From Eledone cirrhosa (Eukaryota): a stretch of 64,000 nucleotides of DNA. Each line of letters starts with the position of its first letter. Positions within the stretch are counted from its first letter, which is position 1. This document shows positions 1 to 16,787 of the stretch, one piece after another. The stretch is taken from assembly GCA_964016885.1 (NCBI GenBank), contig OZ024744.1:75268001-75332000 (forward strand), given 5' to 3'. The position numbers and the translations under genes were made by a program. Below the pieces are notes generated by a model, which was not told the origin of the DNA, made no database searches, and saw only the letters and a program-made list of their open reading frames with translations.

Positions 1-639
1 GCGCAAGATTCCAGGAGCTGGAGTCCATTACTGTTTCACTCACCAATGCTGATATTGCCTATTACTCTCTCCCAAACAAAATCTAATCCAATCCTTACGT
101 TGAAGTCCCCGAGTTCTATAAGTCTATTTGCTCTGAGCGAGCTTGATGAGGGACGATAGTTTTTCAAAGAAATCATATTTAACTTCATATGGGTTGATCA
201 ATATTGGAGCATATGATGAAGTTGTCAGTGAGTGACAGGCAGAGTTTCATTAAGCGATATTTATGCACTTTTGGGGTTCAGTGAGGTTCCTCATTAGCGT
301 AGGCTTGATGGCAAAATAAACTACTGCTTCTCTACGTTCATCCTCGCTTCTCCCTAATTAGAGAAAAGTGTAGCCAGTATTTTCTTCAGTGTGATGATCT
401 CCGGTGAGCCTGATCTCTCTGAGTGCAGCGTTTTGACATTGAACCTCTAGATATTAGTGCTGTGCGTCTTTCAAGCCTGTTTGTATTGACAACGAGGAAG
501 TCCCTATGGCAGTGGTTCCCAAACTGTGCACCTTCGTGGAATGGTGCAACTCAAGATGTAATTAGGTGCGCCACAAATAAGCAAGATTATACTTCAAAAA
601 TACAAACTGAATTCATTATAAAATCCATATATGATTGTC

Positions 640-1470
640 AAGTTCCCCTATGGTGCTTGGGAAGCCATCAAGTGCAACCTGGCCTCGGACAGGCTAGCAC
701 GCCAGCTCGACCAGCACCATCTTGAATGTTTTCGCGGGGCCTAGAAACCCCACAATGGTGCCTGGCTCCATACCTTACCCTCCTTCTCAACTGGCATGCA
801 ACTGCACAATGATAGCCTGCACATCGGGATTTTCCTCAGGCTCGGCCTCCGGATCAGCGAGCCACACAAATGTCGCAGCGGATCCACCGTAGACTCTTTC
901 GGCCGCCAGCCGCTTTCCTGTCGCAACAGTACGGGTCACTTTCCAGGCCATACTGCTTTCAACAAGGTCATAAAACATGGCTTGGATACTGCAGGCTTCC
1001 CCTCCCAGCTCGAGCCAGTAGGGCTGGACCGAGGGGACGGCAACAGTAAAGACGGCATGACAATCTTCCCGTTCCGCGGTGAAAAACCCCTCGTCTGGGA
1101 TGACACTTACAGCTGCAACCTGGGGCAGCATGCGACTAACCCAGGTTCTGCTGAACTTTGGGAGGGTAGACTATTCAAGTATCGATCAGGTTTGCAGTCG
1201 AGCCCCTAACAGTAGAGACTTCTGGTGTCCTTGGCCGTAGGGCTACCTCCCTACTTACCAACATAGGCGCTGAGCTGGCGAGCCACAAATGTGAGCCTCA
1301 CGATATGGAATGGCTCATCCAGCGCATCTCCCTCCAGGGAAATGCCTTATTTATTCTGTCCACCGGGGCCTTGTGGCGGTCAACGCGTGGGACCCCATTT
1401 GCTCATAATTGTGAGAGATGGGGAGGGCGAGACAGATTGAAGCAATGACAGTGGGAGTTCGGCTTCTCTG
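640..1470 (+). mobile_element. CRE-clade non-LTR retrotransposon, degenerate 3' fragment (restriction-like endonuclease region)
   Basis: ORF 796-1209 and neighbouring frames give GAWLHTLP, LRLGL..EPHKC.SG..VDSFG..PLSC, AGFPSQLEPVGLDRGDG..KDGMTIFPF..KPLVWD, VETSGVLG and WLIQRIS..QGNA. These match the CRE-type CCHC + PD..D RLE C-terminus. A related copy at 49556-49700 delimits the 3' end. Confidence 0.75.
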
Positions 1471-1500
1471 TGTTCAGACCTGGTGTACGTGTATTTGCTC

Positions 1501-1590
1501 CGTAGAGCGTCAGTCGCCATGCTCTGCAACATAGTTATGGCCCTTTGCGTTCTAAGTTCAAATCCCGCCGAGGTTAACTTTGTCTTTCAG
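1501..1590 (+). mobile_element. tRNA-derived SINE family A, partial copy
   Basis: gtagagcgtcag...gttcaaatcccgccgaggttaactttg matches the fuller copies at 5975-6165 and 60838-61030. Confidence 0.75.
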
Positions 1591-2697
1591 TTATTTTCAC
1601 ATATAAACAAACAATTTGGAAGGATTTAATAATATAACTAACTTTCGAACATAACTAAACTAAAATTTAGAAAACAACAGAAGTTTTCGCCGTACTTTTG
1701 ACTAAATAAATTTTAGCCTGATAGTGGGGTTTAAAACCCTCTAAAAATGGAAAAGGATGGCGAAACCTATTTCTACTAAATTTCAAACTTCCATCGCTAT
1801 TTCAAAACAAAGTAACTAAACTAAAAATGGAACCATTGAAAAAAATAAACATGGATATTGATAACTTACTTAGCTCCATTCATTGATTAAAGAAGGAACT
1901 AGAACTAATTTTTCTGTATTTTAAATTATGTATATTTCTACTTTCTGCTAGTATAAATATATGTTATTTAAAAATATATTCGAATTTCTATAATAATTTT
2001 ATCTGTTCTAAAGAGCACCGCGATGAAAAAAAAAATATGGGGGAACCACTCTTCTTCGGGATTGCTCGAACTGAAATAAAATCTCTCTGAAATATAGCGT
2101 AACATCTTTAAAATAGAAAAAAAGAAAATACCATGTAGTCTCAAGTATAAAAATAGACGAATTGCTCGTGGCTAGTAAAACTTTAATCATAGGTCTAACT
2201 AATCTGAGCTGATCTGGGGATAAATGAAAACAACAGTAACAACATCACCAAATAGCAACATGCTGCTTCGAAGCGGCAGATGTATTGATACTGTCGGAAG
2301 GTGCCAAGGTGACGCCTGGTTCATGTCGACAGCTGGCAATAAAGAAAAACAACAGCGTAGGCTGACTGTAATTAATTTCAATAACTTTATTGTCAATATG
2401 ATATTGATGCGTGCCGTAGAGTAGTTGTAGGTCCCAAAGGAACTGAATCGACTGCACAGTTTGTTTTCGTTTCCTGATCATAAAATTTCGGTTTCTCTTA
2501 TATTAATCATGTCATATACATTGAATATACGTTGTATGATGGTATTTAGTTTCTTAGTTTGCTCATCTGAGTCGTAGCACCTATGTAAGTAATCAATATT
2601 ATCTATGATACATTTAAATGTTCAATTCGATTGGATGTTCTGTAAGGAGAAGGTTTGAGAATTTAGAATAAACATCGCCATCCAGAGGGCTATTATT

Positions 2698-4560
<1,863 letters not shown>

Positions 4561-4904
4561 AAATGTATGTCTGTGAGTGCGTATGGTGGGTTGCAGATGG
4601 AGGGGTGTATTTGTGTGTCCGTGTATGTATTAATTTATGTTGATATAGATAGAAACGTAATTCTCGCTGTAAAATATGAGAAAGAATTTCAAGATAAGAT
4701 CGAAAACAAAAAGTTATAATATATTAGCTGGACAGCAGATAAAATTCATTCACGCAAAAACAGAAGAGCGAGTCATATGGAATTTAGAATATTTAAGGAA
4801 TTATTAGAAAACAAAATACATCTATTAAGGTACAAATAAATAATAAATTTAAATTTAGGCTCAACAAGTAAAGCAATTTTGTTTGATATAACTCTCGGTT
4901 AAGG

Positions 4905-5480
4905 CAGCGAATTAGCAGTATCATTAGAACATTGGATAAAATGTTATGCATCATCCGTTTCAGAAATCTGTGCTCTGAGTTCATATCTCGCTGTGTTCAC
5001 TTTTACTTTTCACCATTTCAAGGTCGATAAATGAAAACACCAGTCAAGTACTGGACTCAATTCTTCTATCATATATCCTATAATTAAAAAACCAGTCCAG
5101 TACAGGAGTCAATTCTTCCCTCATATCTCTTATAAATAAAACACTAGTCCAATACAAGATTCAGTTCTGCCTCTAAATCCATTAAAAATAAAAGCCAGTC
5201 TAGTACCGATGTCAATTCTTCCGTCATATCTCTTATAAATAAAACACCAATCCAGTACAGATATCAATTCTTCCTCTATATCTCTTATAAATAAAACATC
5301 AGTCCAGTATAGAAGTCAATTCTTCCTCTATATCTCTTATAAATAATATACCAGTCCAGTATAGAAGTCAATTCTTCCTCCATATCTCTTATAAATAAAA
5401 CACCAGTCCAGTACAGGAGTCAATTCTTCCGTCATATCTCTTATAAATAAAAAAGAAATCCAGTACAGGAGTCAATTCTT

Positions 5481-5538
<58 letters not shown>

Positions 5539-5750
5539 AAATAAAACACCAGTCCAGTACAGGAGTCAATTCTTCCTCCATATCTCTTATAAATAAAACA
5601 CTAGTCCAGTACAGGAGTCAATTCTTCCGTCATATCTCTTTCTCATCCTCTCTCTTTTCCTCTGAAAAGAAATTGGTTGTGTTCCTACCTGGGAAAAGAT
5701 GGTTTCCACAAATTTTAAATATCCAAGACACGACGGCAATCCTATGACTC
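4905..5750 (+). mobile_element. Degenerate long variant of SINE family A with internal tandem amplification
   Basis: The head (attagcagtatcattagaa...ctctgagttc...aggtcgataaa) and the tail after the array (ctctgaaaagaaattgg...cctatgact) are collinear with the copy at 54174-54500. Confidence 0.65.
5027..5640 (+). repeat. ~52-bp minisatellite, about 11 units, interrupted by (TA)n
   Basis: Unit ataaataaaacaccagtccagtacaggagtcaattcttccgtcatatctctt repeated head-to-tail; (TA)n at about 5483-5535. Confidence 0.92.
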
Positions 5751-5974
5751 TACCAGTAAATAAGGATTTATACATGGTATCAAACGCTTATTAGAATGCC
5801 CTCACCTTATTTCACTATGTTTTATGTTGCAGAAAAGTAAAAACCTGCAAGATTTGAATTCAGAATATAAAGTACCGTATGTAAATATCACAAGACTTGT
5901 TTCAAACAGCCTACCGATTCAGCAAATTCACAAAATATCATAACAAAACATTATTATTATTGCCACGTGCAGTG

Positions 5975-6165
5975 GATTGGTGAATTGGCAGTATCGGTAG
6001 AGCGTCAGACACCATGATTTGCAGTATAAAGTTATGGCCCTTTATTTTCTGAGTTCAAATCCCGCCGAGGTCAACTTTGCCTTTCATCCTTGCGGGGTCG
6101 ATAAAATAAAGTACCAGTAATACACTGGGATAATTGCTGGCCTTGTGCCAAAAGTAGAAACAATT
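5975..6165 (+). mobile_element. tRNA-derived SINE family A, full length, with probable TSD
   Basis: A-box-like tggcagtatcgg, B-box gagttcaaatcc, central gcctttcatcct..ggggtcgataaa..agtaccag (resembles the Meta/MESC-type SINE domain as I recall it). Flanked by near-identical attattat..tgccacgtg at about 5950-5969 and 6163-6182. Confidence 0.85.
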
Positions 6166-6814
6166 ATTATTTTTGCCACGTGAAGATGGACTCTGCTAGA
6201 AGACAGATTCTAACATGGTGGTGGTGGTGAGGATGATGATGAAAGTGATGATGATTATGGTGGTGTTGGTGAAGGTGGTGATGATGAGGAGGAGGGGGGA
6301 GAAGGAGGGGGATTAGCACAAGGCTACCTCTGGTCAAGCAGAGCTCTGTATCTAGTTATACCTTATTCACTTCGTCCTATTCTTTTCTTAAAATACGTCC
6401 TCCTATTCTTTTCTTAATATACGGATGTGATTTGAAGGAGATTGTGCTGCTATTTCTAGATGTCTAAAGTGTTCACGTTGATTCAAAGCTGATGTATTGA
6501 GAAGGAATGTCAAATTTATGAAAAACATAAATCAGAAATAAAAAGTTAGATTTTCAGCACGATGATTGATTATGTTCAAGATTATTAATATAAGAAATTG
6601 GGTATTACAAAGAATCGCATACCATTTATAATACAGTAATGTATTATTATTTCAAATATCATAGCCTAATGGATAGATTTGAAAACGACTGGGCTGCTTG
6701 TCAAGTTTGAGAGTGGTGAAAATCTTTCAAAAGATACTTACAGGCCCTATAAGAGACAGTTCGGAAGGTAGACCGGTCCGAGCCGCTCAAATCTCCTCAC
6801 AGCCCCTTTGTTTA

Positions 6815-6980
6815 GCAATATCGGCAGAGCATCAGACACCATACTTTGCAGCATAGAGTTATGAGTTCAAATCCTGCCGAGGTTAACTTTGCCTTTTATC
6901 CTTACGGGGTCGATAAAATGAAATACAAGTAATGCACTGGGATAATTGCTGGCCTTGCGCCAAAAATAGAAACAATTATT
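6815..6980 (+). mobile_element. tRNA-derived SINE family A
   Basis: Same B-box, central domain and ...gtagaaacaattatt-type 3' end. Confidence 0.85.
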
Positions 6981-7732
6981 TTATTATTTTCCAAAGGTCA
7001 GCAATCATGCATATTCTTCAACTTTCTTTTTACCGGGAACCGTCTATTTTTTTCTATGAAAAGAATAGATTGTTTTGCTCATTGAAGGGATAAAAGAAAA
7101 TATTTATGAACACAGTTGTTAAACTGTTCTTATTTTTTTTTTTGCTGCTGGTAATTTGTCTCATTTATTATTGAACTCAAGTGTCTTTTGTGTTTATGAA
7201 AACGGAAAAGGAAGGGAAAGGCAAGGGCTCTAGGGTCACAGAAGAATGGGGAGGGAGAAGGGGGTGATGGGCTCTAGGCCTAGGGCGTGGCAATATTATA
7301 TATTTCACTTCGGACATCGCTTTCGTTTTAAAACCTGTACCTCTGATTACATTTTATATCAATTATGTTAGGTTTAATATCTCAGATAAGTTTAAAATTC
7401 ATCCTTTAAAAAACTATCATTTAGGTTCGTTAATTATATCTGATTATTAATTATTGTTTCGGCTCAAAGTGAAATGGAGAAATAAATCTTCTTCTTCTTG
7501 GTCGGCTTGAATAGCAGAACCCACGGTCTCTAGGATGAGTGGAAGGGGAAATGGTGTATCAAAACAGAGACTTGGCCCAATTGATTGCAACAGAGTGAAC
7601 TCTACTAAAGTCACTCGAGAGGCAAATGAAGTCCACAATAAAATTGGAACTAAAAATGCAAAGACCTGGAAAAAATATCGTAAGATCTGTCATCCGATAC
7701 TCTAGCGACTAAGCTAGTCTAATGGCTTAAAC

Positions 7733-7982
7733 CAGGCATGGGCAACCTTTATTGAGAAGCGGTCCGCATCATCAGGTAGGCCGCAAGCTAATTTACATTC
7801 GTGACAACATTAATTGATTTGTTTCTTCAGAATTCGTACACGTTGTTTTCCTCGATCGTAAAAATGATAGAAAGATAAATTACGACTGAAAAGTTGGGTT
7901 AAAAAAAATCAGAAAGATTTCATTTAGGTGACTTAGGTGAGCTATTCAGAAAGCTTCGCAGGCCGCAGGTTGCCTATGAATG
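7733..7982. mobile_element. hAT-type non-autonomous DNA transposon (MITE)
   Basis: TIRs caggcatgggcaacc / ggttgcctatgaatg, subterminal ggccgca motifs, and an imperfect 8-bp TSD gcttaaac / gcttagat. Confidence 0.7.
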
Positions 7983-8220
7983 GCTTAGATTCATGTTTTA
8001 TTTAGAAAGGAATGGAAAGCAAATTTGTCATCGGTGGAAGCTAGTTCAGAATGCCACTAAATCTATCACTCAGTCGATACCAAGTTTATCAATATATCTG
8101 CGTATCTTTAGAGGAATCCACACAGTTGTAAACAATTAAACTAAGTCTCCAGTTTGAGGATATTTCCTACCTTTCCCTTTCCCAGCAATAATGGGGGCCT
8201 TGAAAGGGGTCATGGTCACT

Positions 8221-8345
8221 GTGAAGGCGCGTGGCTGAGTGGTAAGAGAATTAGATTCATAATCGTGAGGTTGTCAGTTCGATTCTTGGACCGGGTGATG
8301 CGTTATATCCTTGTGCAAGACACTTTATTTCACGGTGTTCCTTCT
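8221..8345 (+). mobile_element. tRNA-derived CORE-type SINE family B, partial
   Basis: A-box tggctgagtgg, B-box gttcgattc, CORE-like ccttgtgcaagacactt; homologous to 12715-12935. Confidence 0.7.
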
Positions 8346-8870
8346 ACCTGGAGTTGCGACCGAGAGATAGTAATAGCAATTGGAAATACTAACTGAAACA
8401 TTATTTCCTCGGTCCGATTTGACGAAAGTCGATCGACTATATATATGGTCACTGCTTTCTTTTTTTCTGACTAAGTGATTCTAAAAAAAGCAAGAAATTG
8501 GTGTATGTTTCCCGTGTTTCACATTTCAAATGATATTTTGCAAGAGTTGCCTAGAGGTTAAGTGCTGTCTAAATGTTTCAAGTAATGTAGGCCGCTTCTT
8601 TTTTTTCGTTTCGTAGTTTGTGTGTATTTTTTTAACCAGAAAAATAGCAGCCCAACTAAAGGTGAATGACTTTGGTGATATGGGCTTATGTTTTATGTCA
8701 AGCTACATGCATAAGGGTATGATTTCAAACATCTACTGGACTGCTACTGGTGGAGGAAGGACATGACCTGCATAAAACAGGACAAGCTCTTTCCAGTCAG
8801 CTGAATTAAAGTGTCATATGTTCATGTGTGTAGTAGGTTTAACGTATAGGTGTGTAGATACAAGATAAAG

Positions 8871-8912
<42 letters not shown>

Positions 8913-9029
8913 CTGTGTGTGCGTGTGGGTGTGGGTGTTTATGTGTGTGTATGTATATGTATATATATGTATATATATATGTATATATATGTATATATGA
9001 GAAAGTGAGATGGATGAGAGAGATGTAAA

Positions 9030-9150
9030 TTCCTGGCCGCTTGACGCCGCGGTCGGGATTTTATATATCTCTATACCCACTCTACATCACCACATGCATT
9101 GAGTACTCCCATGATTAGTGGTCTCCCCTGTCTCTGCACAGCAGGCGCTT
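9030..9150 (+). mobile_element. Short fragment of a Penelope-associated terminal repeat family
   Basis: The gtcggg...tacccactctaca...attgagta motif is shared with 37850-37975, 38690-38820 (reverse) and 45045-45150 (reverse). Confidence 0.5.
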
Positions 9151-9494
9151 TCTCCCCTCTCTATCTCTCTCCCTCTTTCTCTCTCTCTCTCACACAATCT
9201 CTCTCCCTCTCTCACTCCCCCTCGTGTGTGTGTCTGTTTGTGTATGTGTGTGTGTGAGTAATGTGAGTGTGTGTATGTAGTGCGAGTGTGTGTATGTCTG
9301 AGGAGAAAGATAAGACATAGATAGATATTGCTAGTTTGTTATAAGCTTGTATTTGTTTATATTTATTATTACTTCTTGGATAATTCGATGGTGCAAACTT
9401 CTTTCTAATCTTTAAGCAGAGAATTCCAAACCAACGAAATTCACAATAGACAATCAGGGTACTCCTTTGTCTTATACAAAATATAATGATAATA

Positions 9495-9498
9495 AAAA

Positions 9499-9539
<41 letters not shown>

Positions 9540-9566
9540 AGAAGAAGAAGAAGATAAAAAGGAATG

Positions 9567-9640
<74 letters not shown>

Positions 9641-9682
9641 AAGAACAAGAAGAAGAAGAAGAAGAAGAAGGGATATAGAAAG

Positions 9683-9719
<37 letters not shown>

Positions 9720-9720
9720 A
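9495..9720. repeat. Compound (GAAA)n/(AAT)n/(AAG)n/(GA)n microsatellite
   Basis: Seen directly. Confidence 0.95.
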
Positions 9721-10163
9721 TTGTGGAAATGTGTGGGGGGGTAGGAGAGAAAAACTAATGGAAAGAACAATTTCGAAATGTAAACATCTGTTTTGTGTTT
9801 AACACAACCAAATCGTCTTAACCATTTAAGATCTTTGAACTAAATGAGAATGAATTCATAGAATAACTATGTTTCTCTTTGAAAAGAATTCGCACAACTT
9901 CAGGAAACTGACAAGCGTCTATTCTACTCTATTTTTTTTCTTTTCGTTTTTTTTTTGTTGTTGTTGTTTTTTTGTTTTGTTTTGATTTTTTTGTTTTGTT
10001 TTGTTTTTTTTTGTTTAATTTATTCCAGTAATCTGACATTGTGTTGGGTAACCCTCTAAGTATGCATCCATTTCTTAAACTTCATTCATAGTTACACATA
10101 TTTATTTTACATTTTTAATAAACACCTCAGTAACTCTATAGCGAAACGGATTTTAACTCACAC

Positions 10164-11440
<1,277 letters not shown>

Positions 11441-11699
11441 CACCATTGCCATTCTGAATATCATTACCATCTTTGGAAAAGAAATATACATTGATGAAAG
11501 TTGTCTTTTTCTTTAAGTTTTTAAGAATGAACATAAACGAGAATCAGGAAAAGAAAAAAAGAGAAAGAAAGAGATAGAGAGAGATAGAAAGAGGGGGGGG
11601 GGGGGCATAAAAATTAATTAATGAAAAACAAGGAATAGAAGTACGGGTCATAACTTACACAACTGACTGGGCCGTATTTCTCACCTGTCCCCCTCGGAA

Positions 11700-12060
11700 A
11701 ATTATGACGAAAACCATCTTGCCAGCAACATCAGCTAAATTAGCCATTCTATCTCATGGGGCTCAATTTTTGGTACAATGCTCTTTTCCCGATTTTGCAG
11801 AGAAAAGTAACAGTCCGGTATCGAAAGACAATGGATGTCTCTGTGGCAACCGGCATGAAAATGGAGGCGGTCGGCTTCTGACCAGAGTAACATTGTTGGA
11901 TTCGGAGAGCGTGTTGCAGCATGTGGCGTACCAGATTGTTGCTTTTTATAATTTCTTTGTGTTCATTGAGTGCCTTGCGATAGTGATTTGTTTTCTTGTG
12001 GTTTATGTATCTAGACATTTGGAACGGAAGTTGATATCTGGGGCGGAGTGCTCATAGACG
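11700..12060 (-). mobile_element. Possible decayed GIY-YIG (Penelope-like) C-terminal fragment
   Basis: ALNEHK..I....LVRHM and, in another frame, REKSIVPKIEP.EN weakly resemble PLE endonuclease C-terminal motifs. Confidence 0.3.
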
Positions 12061-12071
12061 ATTTATAATAG

Positions 12072-12222
12072 GAATTGGCAGTATCAGTAGAAGGGCGGAC
12101 GCCATGCTTTGCAGCATAGAGTTACGGCCTGTTACGATCTGAATTCAAATCCTGCCGAGGTTAACTTTGCCTTTCATCCTTACGGGGTCGATAAAATAAA
12201 GCACCAGTAATGCACTTGGGTA
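12072..12222 (+). mobile_element. tRNA-derived SINE family A
   Basis: gaattggcagtatc...ttcaaatcctgccgagg...gcctttcatccttacggggtcgataaa. Confidence 0.85.
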
Positions 12223-12714
12223 ATGAGATATGTGAGATTTTCAGAATCTAAAGTGACTTTAGTTGTTATGTTGTGCAACCCTCTCCTTTGAGTTATCTTT
12301 TAAGCGGTAAATTCTTCTCCAATGACTTTTCTATGTTAGACAGTTGAATTTCGGATAAATAGCCTAGAGGCACGGATGGTTGGGGTGATTGGTTGTTGTA
12401 TGATTATGTTTAATATATCAATTGATTTGTATTTTTAACTTTTATTCGGATGTTTGAATATCAAGTGGTTTGTGTAATTGTGCTGTATTAGAAATCAACT
12501 ATAGTTTGAGCCATGTATTCTATGATGGAAGAGGAATTTATTTTAAGATTGTATTGTAGATTATTTATTTTGTTGTAACACTATCTATTATACATATATA
12601 CCTTTATCGTCTGACTGTCGATCTAGTTGTGATCATCTCACCTTCTATAATGGTATATTGTATCAAGCAGTGATTTATCCAGCACATCTGAAGTACAAAG
12701 TCTGTCTTAAGCCA

Positions 12715-12935
12715 GAATGCTTATTTGGCCGGTATTTTCCTGGTTTCATGGCGTGAAGCAACTGAGAGTACAAGACTCCCTCCGTGGACAAGAATCCAGT
12801 CTATCAGTTGAGTATACTGAAGCAACGTGAAACCAAGTGTTTTTGCTCAAGAACACAACATGTAGCCCAGGAATCGAACCCACGACATTATGATCGCAAG
12901 TCCCACACCCTTACCACTAGGCTACGTGCCTCCAC
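12715..12935 (-). mobile_element. tRNA-derived CORE-type SINE family B
   Basis: Minus strand reads A-box tagcctagtgg, B-box ggttcgattcc, then CORE-like tgtgttcttgagcaaaaacactt. Confidence 0.75.
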
Positions 12936-13415
12936 TATCCAGCACATACACACACTCAATCACGGTAGGATAAATATTGAGGAACATTTGGCTGCTATTT
13001 TAGTATGTATATATGCCGAGTAGAAGCTTGTGGTATCTATCACAAAAACCGACGTTTATGAGCGACATGTACACGAAAGACAGTACTCAATAAGACTTTA
13101 GTTATCATCAGAGATAACGGGACATCTAAGTGAGAGCAATCCTTCTTGAACCAATTGGTCGTGCTGGATGTCTGATGAATCGTCAGATAACGACTCTCTA
13201 CTACAGCTTTTCAATAAATAATAATCTACATTAACTAAAGTAATGAATACCTTCTGCCGCGTAATTACATTTCATTCCAGTCAATACTACCAAATGTATA
13301 CTGAAACACACACACACACTTACACACACACACACATACACACATACACATACGCGTGCGCACACGTTCATACACAGACATACATACACACAAACATGCA
13401 TACGTGCATATATAT

Positions 13416-13418
<3 letters not shown>

Positions 13419-13492
<74 letters not shown>

Positions 13493-13563
13493 GACAGATA
13501 GACAGACAGACAGACAGAAAGGAGTATTAGATAGACAGATATATATAGATAGATAGATAGATT

Positions 13564-13628
<65 letters not shown>

Positions 13629-13635
13629 ATAGATA
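13419..13635. repeat. (GA)n-(GACA)n-(GATA)n tract abutting the 3' end of Tx1 fragment A
   Basis: Seen directly. Confidence 0.95.
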
Positions 13636-14876
13636 TATTTCTTTATTAGCCACAGGGGCACAAAAGAAGGGGACAAGTACAAAGGGGGAAGTTTACATAC
13701 AATAAAAACGTGTAAAATGTTATCACAAATGGAATTTAAAAAGTTAGTCGATTTTCCCCAATAGAGGGAGACAGTTTATATAGGTAACACATACCCCCCC
13801 CAAAAAAAAATGTACAACCCTCATCTCCAGGAGTAGGAAGAGTTTGTACTCCTTTCCTCTCCTCCTCCTTTTCCTCAACCTACAGGCTGATATAGAGAGA
13901 AGGCCCATTCACTCGGGCCATTCTCGCCACTTTCACCCACCTTTCATGAAACTTGCTGGGGTACAGCACCTCTCTCTCCATCCTGATTCTTCTTCCAAAG
14001 TGGTATTTGAAAAAAAGAATCAGTTGTTGGCCGGAGAGAAAGGTGTCTGACCTCAGCCCTTTCAACCTTGTCCACCATACAACCTCTTTCGCCATAGCTA
14101 TCACACAAAGGAAAACCGCCTCTCCTTCGTTTTTGAAGGAGGGTGGCGGTTTGATCATGACAATGGACTCGGTGGTCAACTGGATTGGTCCCACCCGCGA
14201 CAATAGTCGTTCTACATAGCCCCACAGGTCAGTGACGCCCGGGCAGTGTATGAATGCGTGCGCGACGGTTTCTTCGTCTCGCACGCACCTCGGACAGATC
14301 TTTTTTGCAGGGTCCCTGCCCGGGCGCCCATGTCTGTAGAGCTTGTCTCGAACTGGTAGAGCTCCTCGGTAGCACTGCCAGGCCAGGAGGGACTTTTGGA
14401 AGTTGTCCATCGGTCCCGGGCGGAAGGTCCTAGCGAACAGACTGGCCAGATCATCTTCCTCTACGCCTAGAGTTTCACCGAGCGCGTCGTCGCACTTGCT
14501 GCGGACCAACCCTCTATAGAATGACGAAGTGGAGTCTCCACTGATCGCCGGGTCCGCCTGCCAGAGGGCTGTGAGCCTGAGCACATTCGATGTGCCAGTC
14601 GCCCATTTTCCTCGGTCTTTGCTTGACCCAGGACTGCAGCTCGGTCAGCGAGACGAGTCGTGGGAAGGCTGGCCTCACGAACGGGGCCCACACCGGTTGT
14701 CCGGTGAGGAATACGTAGAGATGCCGCAGCCTGAGCGCGTGTTTAAGCATAGTCAACCACGGCATCCCCAGCCCTCCGTTAGAAGGGTGTTGGCAGCAGA
14801 TGGATCTTCTCACCAAAGGAGCCCGCCTCTTCCAAAGGAATCGGAAGAGCGCGCGCTCCATTTTGGCGAGCGTTTT
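13636..14876 (-). mobile_element. Tx1/L1-clade LINE, 5'-truncated copy A (post-RT region, CCHC, 3' UTR)
   Basis: ORFs 14514-14861 and 13880-14584 (GGLGMP, CPRC..DEET..H.F.HC). The 3' end reads aataaagaaatatatctat; (GATA)n lies on both sides. Confidence 0.93.

Positions 14877-14972
<96 letters not shown>
14877..14972. repeat. Pure (GATA)n tract between Tx1 copies A and B
   Basis: Seen directly. Confidence 0.98.
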
Positions 14973-15775
14973 TCTTTATTTGCCACTGGGGCGTACAAAA
15001 ATTGGACATTACAAGACGTGACGGCGGGGGTTTTACATAAAAATAACTTTAACATTAATAAATAACAAACTATATATAATAAAATAACAATTGAAATCCC
15101 CAGTTTCTGATGAGTACAGTTCTTAGAAAAACATAAGAGAGAAGTTTTACACCCCGTGGATAGAACAACCCTCAACACCAGGAACACGTTTTGTTGGTGT
15201 TCCTGTCTTCCCTCTGTTTATCTTCCTCAATCTACAGGTTTATATACAGAAATCCTATTCACTCGGGCCATTTTTGCCACATTCACCCACCTTTCAGCGA
15301 ATTTACTGGGATATAGGACCTCTCTCTCCACTCTCACCTTCCTTCTGAAGTGATACTTAAAGAAGGGGATAAGTTGTTGTCCCGAGAGAAAGGTGTTTGC
15401 CCTAAATAATTCCACAGGTCGGTCACCCCTGGGCACTGAACATTTGCGTGCAGAACGGTTTCGATGTCCTGCTCGCATCTTGGACAGGTCCTTTTGGCAG
15501 GATCTCTGCCAGGACGTCCGTGCCTGTAGATTTTGTCTCGAACTGGTAGAGCTCCTAGGTAGCACTGCCAGGCCAGAGACCTCTGGAAGTTATCCATAGA
15601 CCCTGGACGGAAAGTCCTCCCGAACAGACTGGTCAGTTCGTCCGCCTAGAGTTTCCCCGAGAACGTCGTCGCACTTCTCCTCCACTAATCCCTTATAGAA
15701 TGTCGAAGTGGAGTCTCCGTTGATTGCCGTTTCCGCTTGGTAGAGGGCTGTGAGCGCTTGTAGGCACTCGAGGGT
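14971..15775 (-). mobile_element. Tx1/L1-clade LINE, 5'-truncated copy B with internal deletion
   Basis: ECLQALTALYQA..., DNFQRSLAWQCY, CPRCEQDIETVLH, FFKYHFRRK. A deletion near 15405 joins DLWNY to RANTFLSG. The 5' junction abuts degenerate gataggtagatagacagata. Confidence 0.9.
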
Positions 15776-16787
15776 CGATAGGTAGATAGACAGATATTTT
15801 ATATAGATATATCTTATATATATATGCAACCATATGAGTGTGCGTTTATGTATATATATGTGTGTGTGTGTGTGTGCGTGTGTGAGAGAGAGAGATGTAA
15901 GCACGTATGTATACATGTATGTTCGTATACCTATACACAAAAAACACTTATAAATCATATAGACATTGATGTCATTGCTGGAAATGCTTCTTTTATTTTA
16001 TCTTATTCCATGACAGATTAATAAAGGCAGTAAGAAAAATATATATAATGATAACATGTAATGTGTTGAATCTATGAAACGAACGCACGAATTTCTTTTA
16101 ATTATTTACGAAGCATTCAAAACAAAAATAACAAAAATGAAATTCCATTGTTGACAGCATTGATGGTAAAAACGTTACCATATTTTTTTCCTTCTGACAA
16201 CAGCTACATTTTTTTTTATTATTCTTGTTTTGTTTTTCATTCTCCAATTGAACATTTTTTTTTTTTTGTTAATCGTCTTTTAAAAAAGAAATCAGAATAG
16301 AAACTGTGTATATTTGAATGAGAGTCATTGGAAAGTAAAGTAGAGGTATGCAGTTTAATGAGGATAAAGAAAAGGGGAATGGCATTGTGTATAGGGATGG
16401 AGGTTGGGAGTTTTTCTTGTATTGTAAATTATTTGATATTTTGTTGTAACACTATTTATTATACACACGCAGGCAAACAAACACGCTCATATATACATGC
16501 AAGCATAGATATATAGATAGATAGATAGATAGATACATACATACATACATACATACATACATACATACATACATACATACATACATACATACATGCATGG
16601 TGGCTGCCAACTCGTTTTCGAGTACGGCGACTACTTTATATCCATGTAGGAGAAACCGTACCGATGCGCTGAACATACATGCATACATACATACATGCAT
16701 ACATGCATACATGCATACATACATACATACATACATACATACATACATACATACATACATACATACATACATACATACATACATACA

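Noticed and set aside
5027-5640. CRISPR-like regular repeats
   Set aside because: Units are contiguous with no unique spacers, there are no cas genes, and the context is eukaryotic and SINE-derived.
12860-12935. tRNA gene-like sequence (also at 8221 and in SINE A heads)
   Set aside because: A/B boxes continue into SINE body sequence and no complete cloverleaf is evident.
13170-13200. ctgatga motif as a hammerhead
   Set aside because: No GAAA box after the putative stem II.
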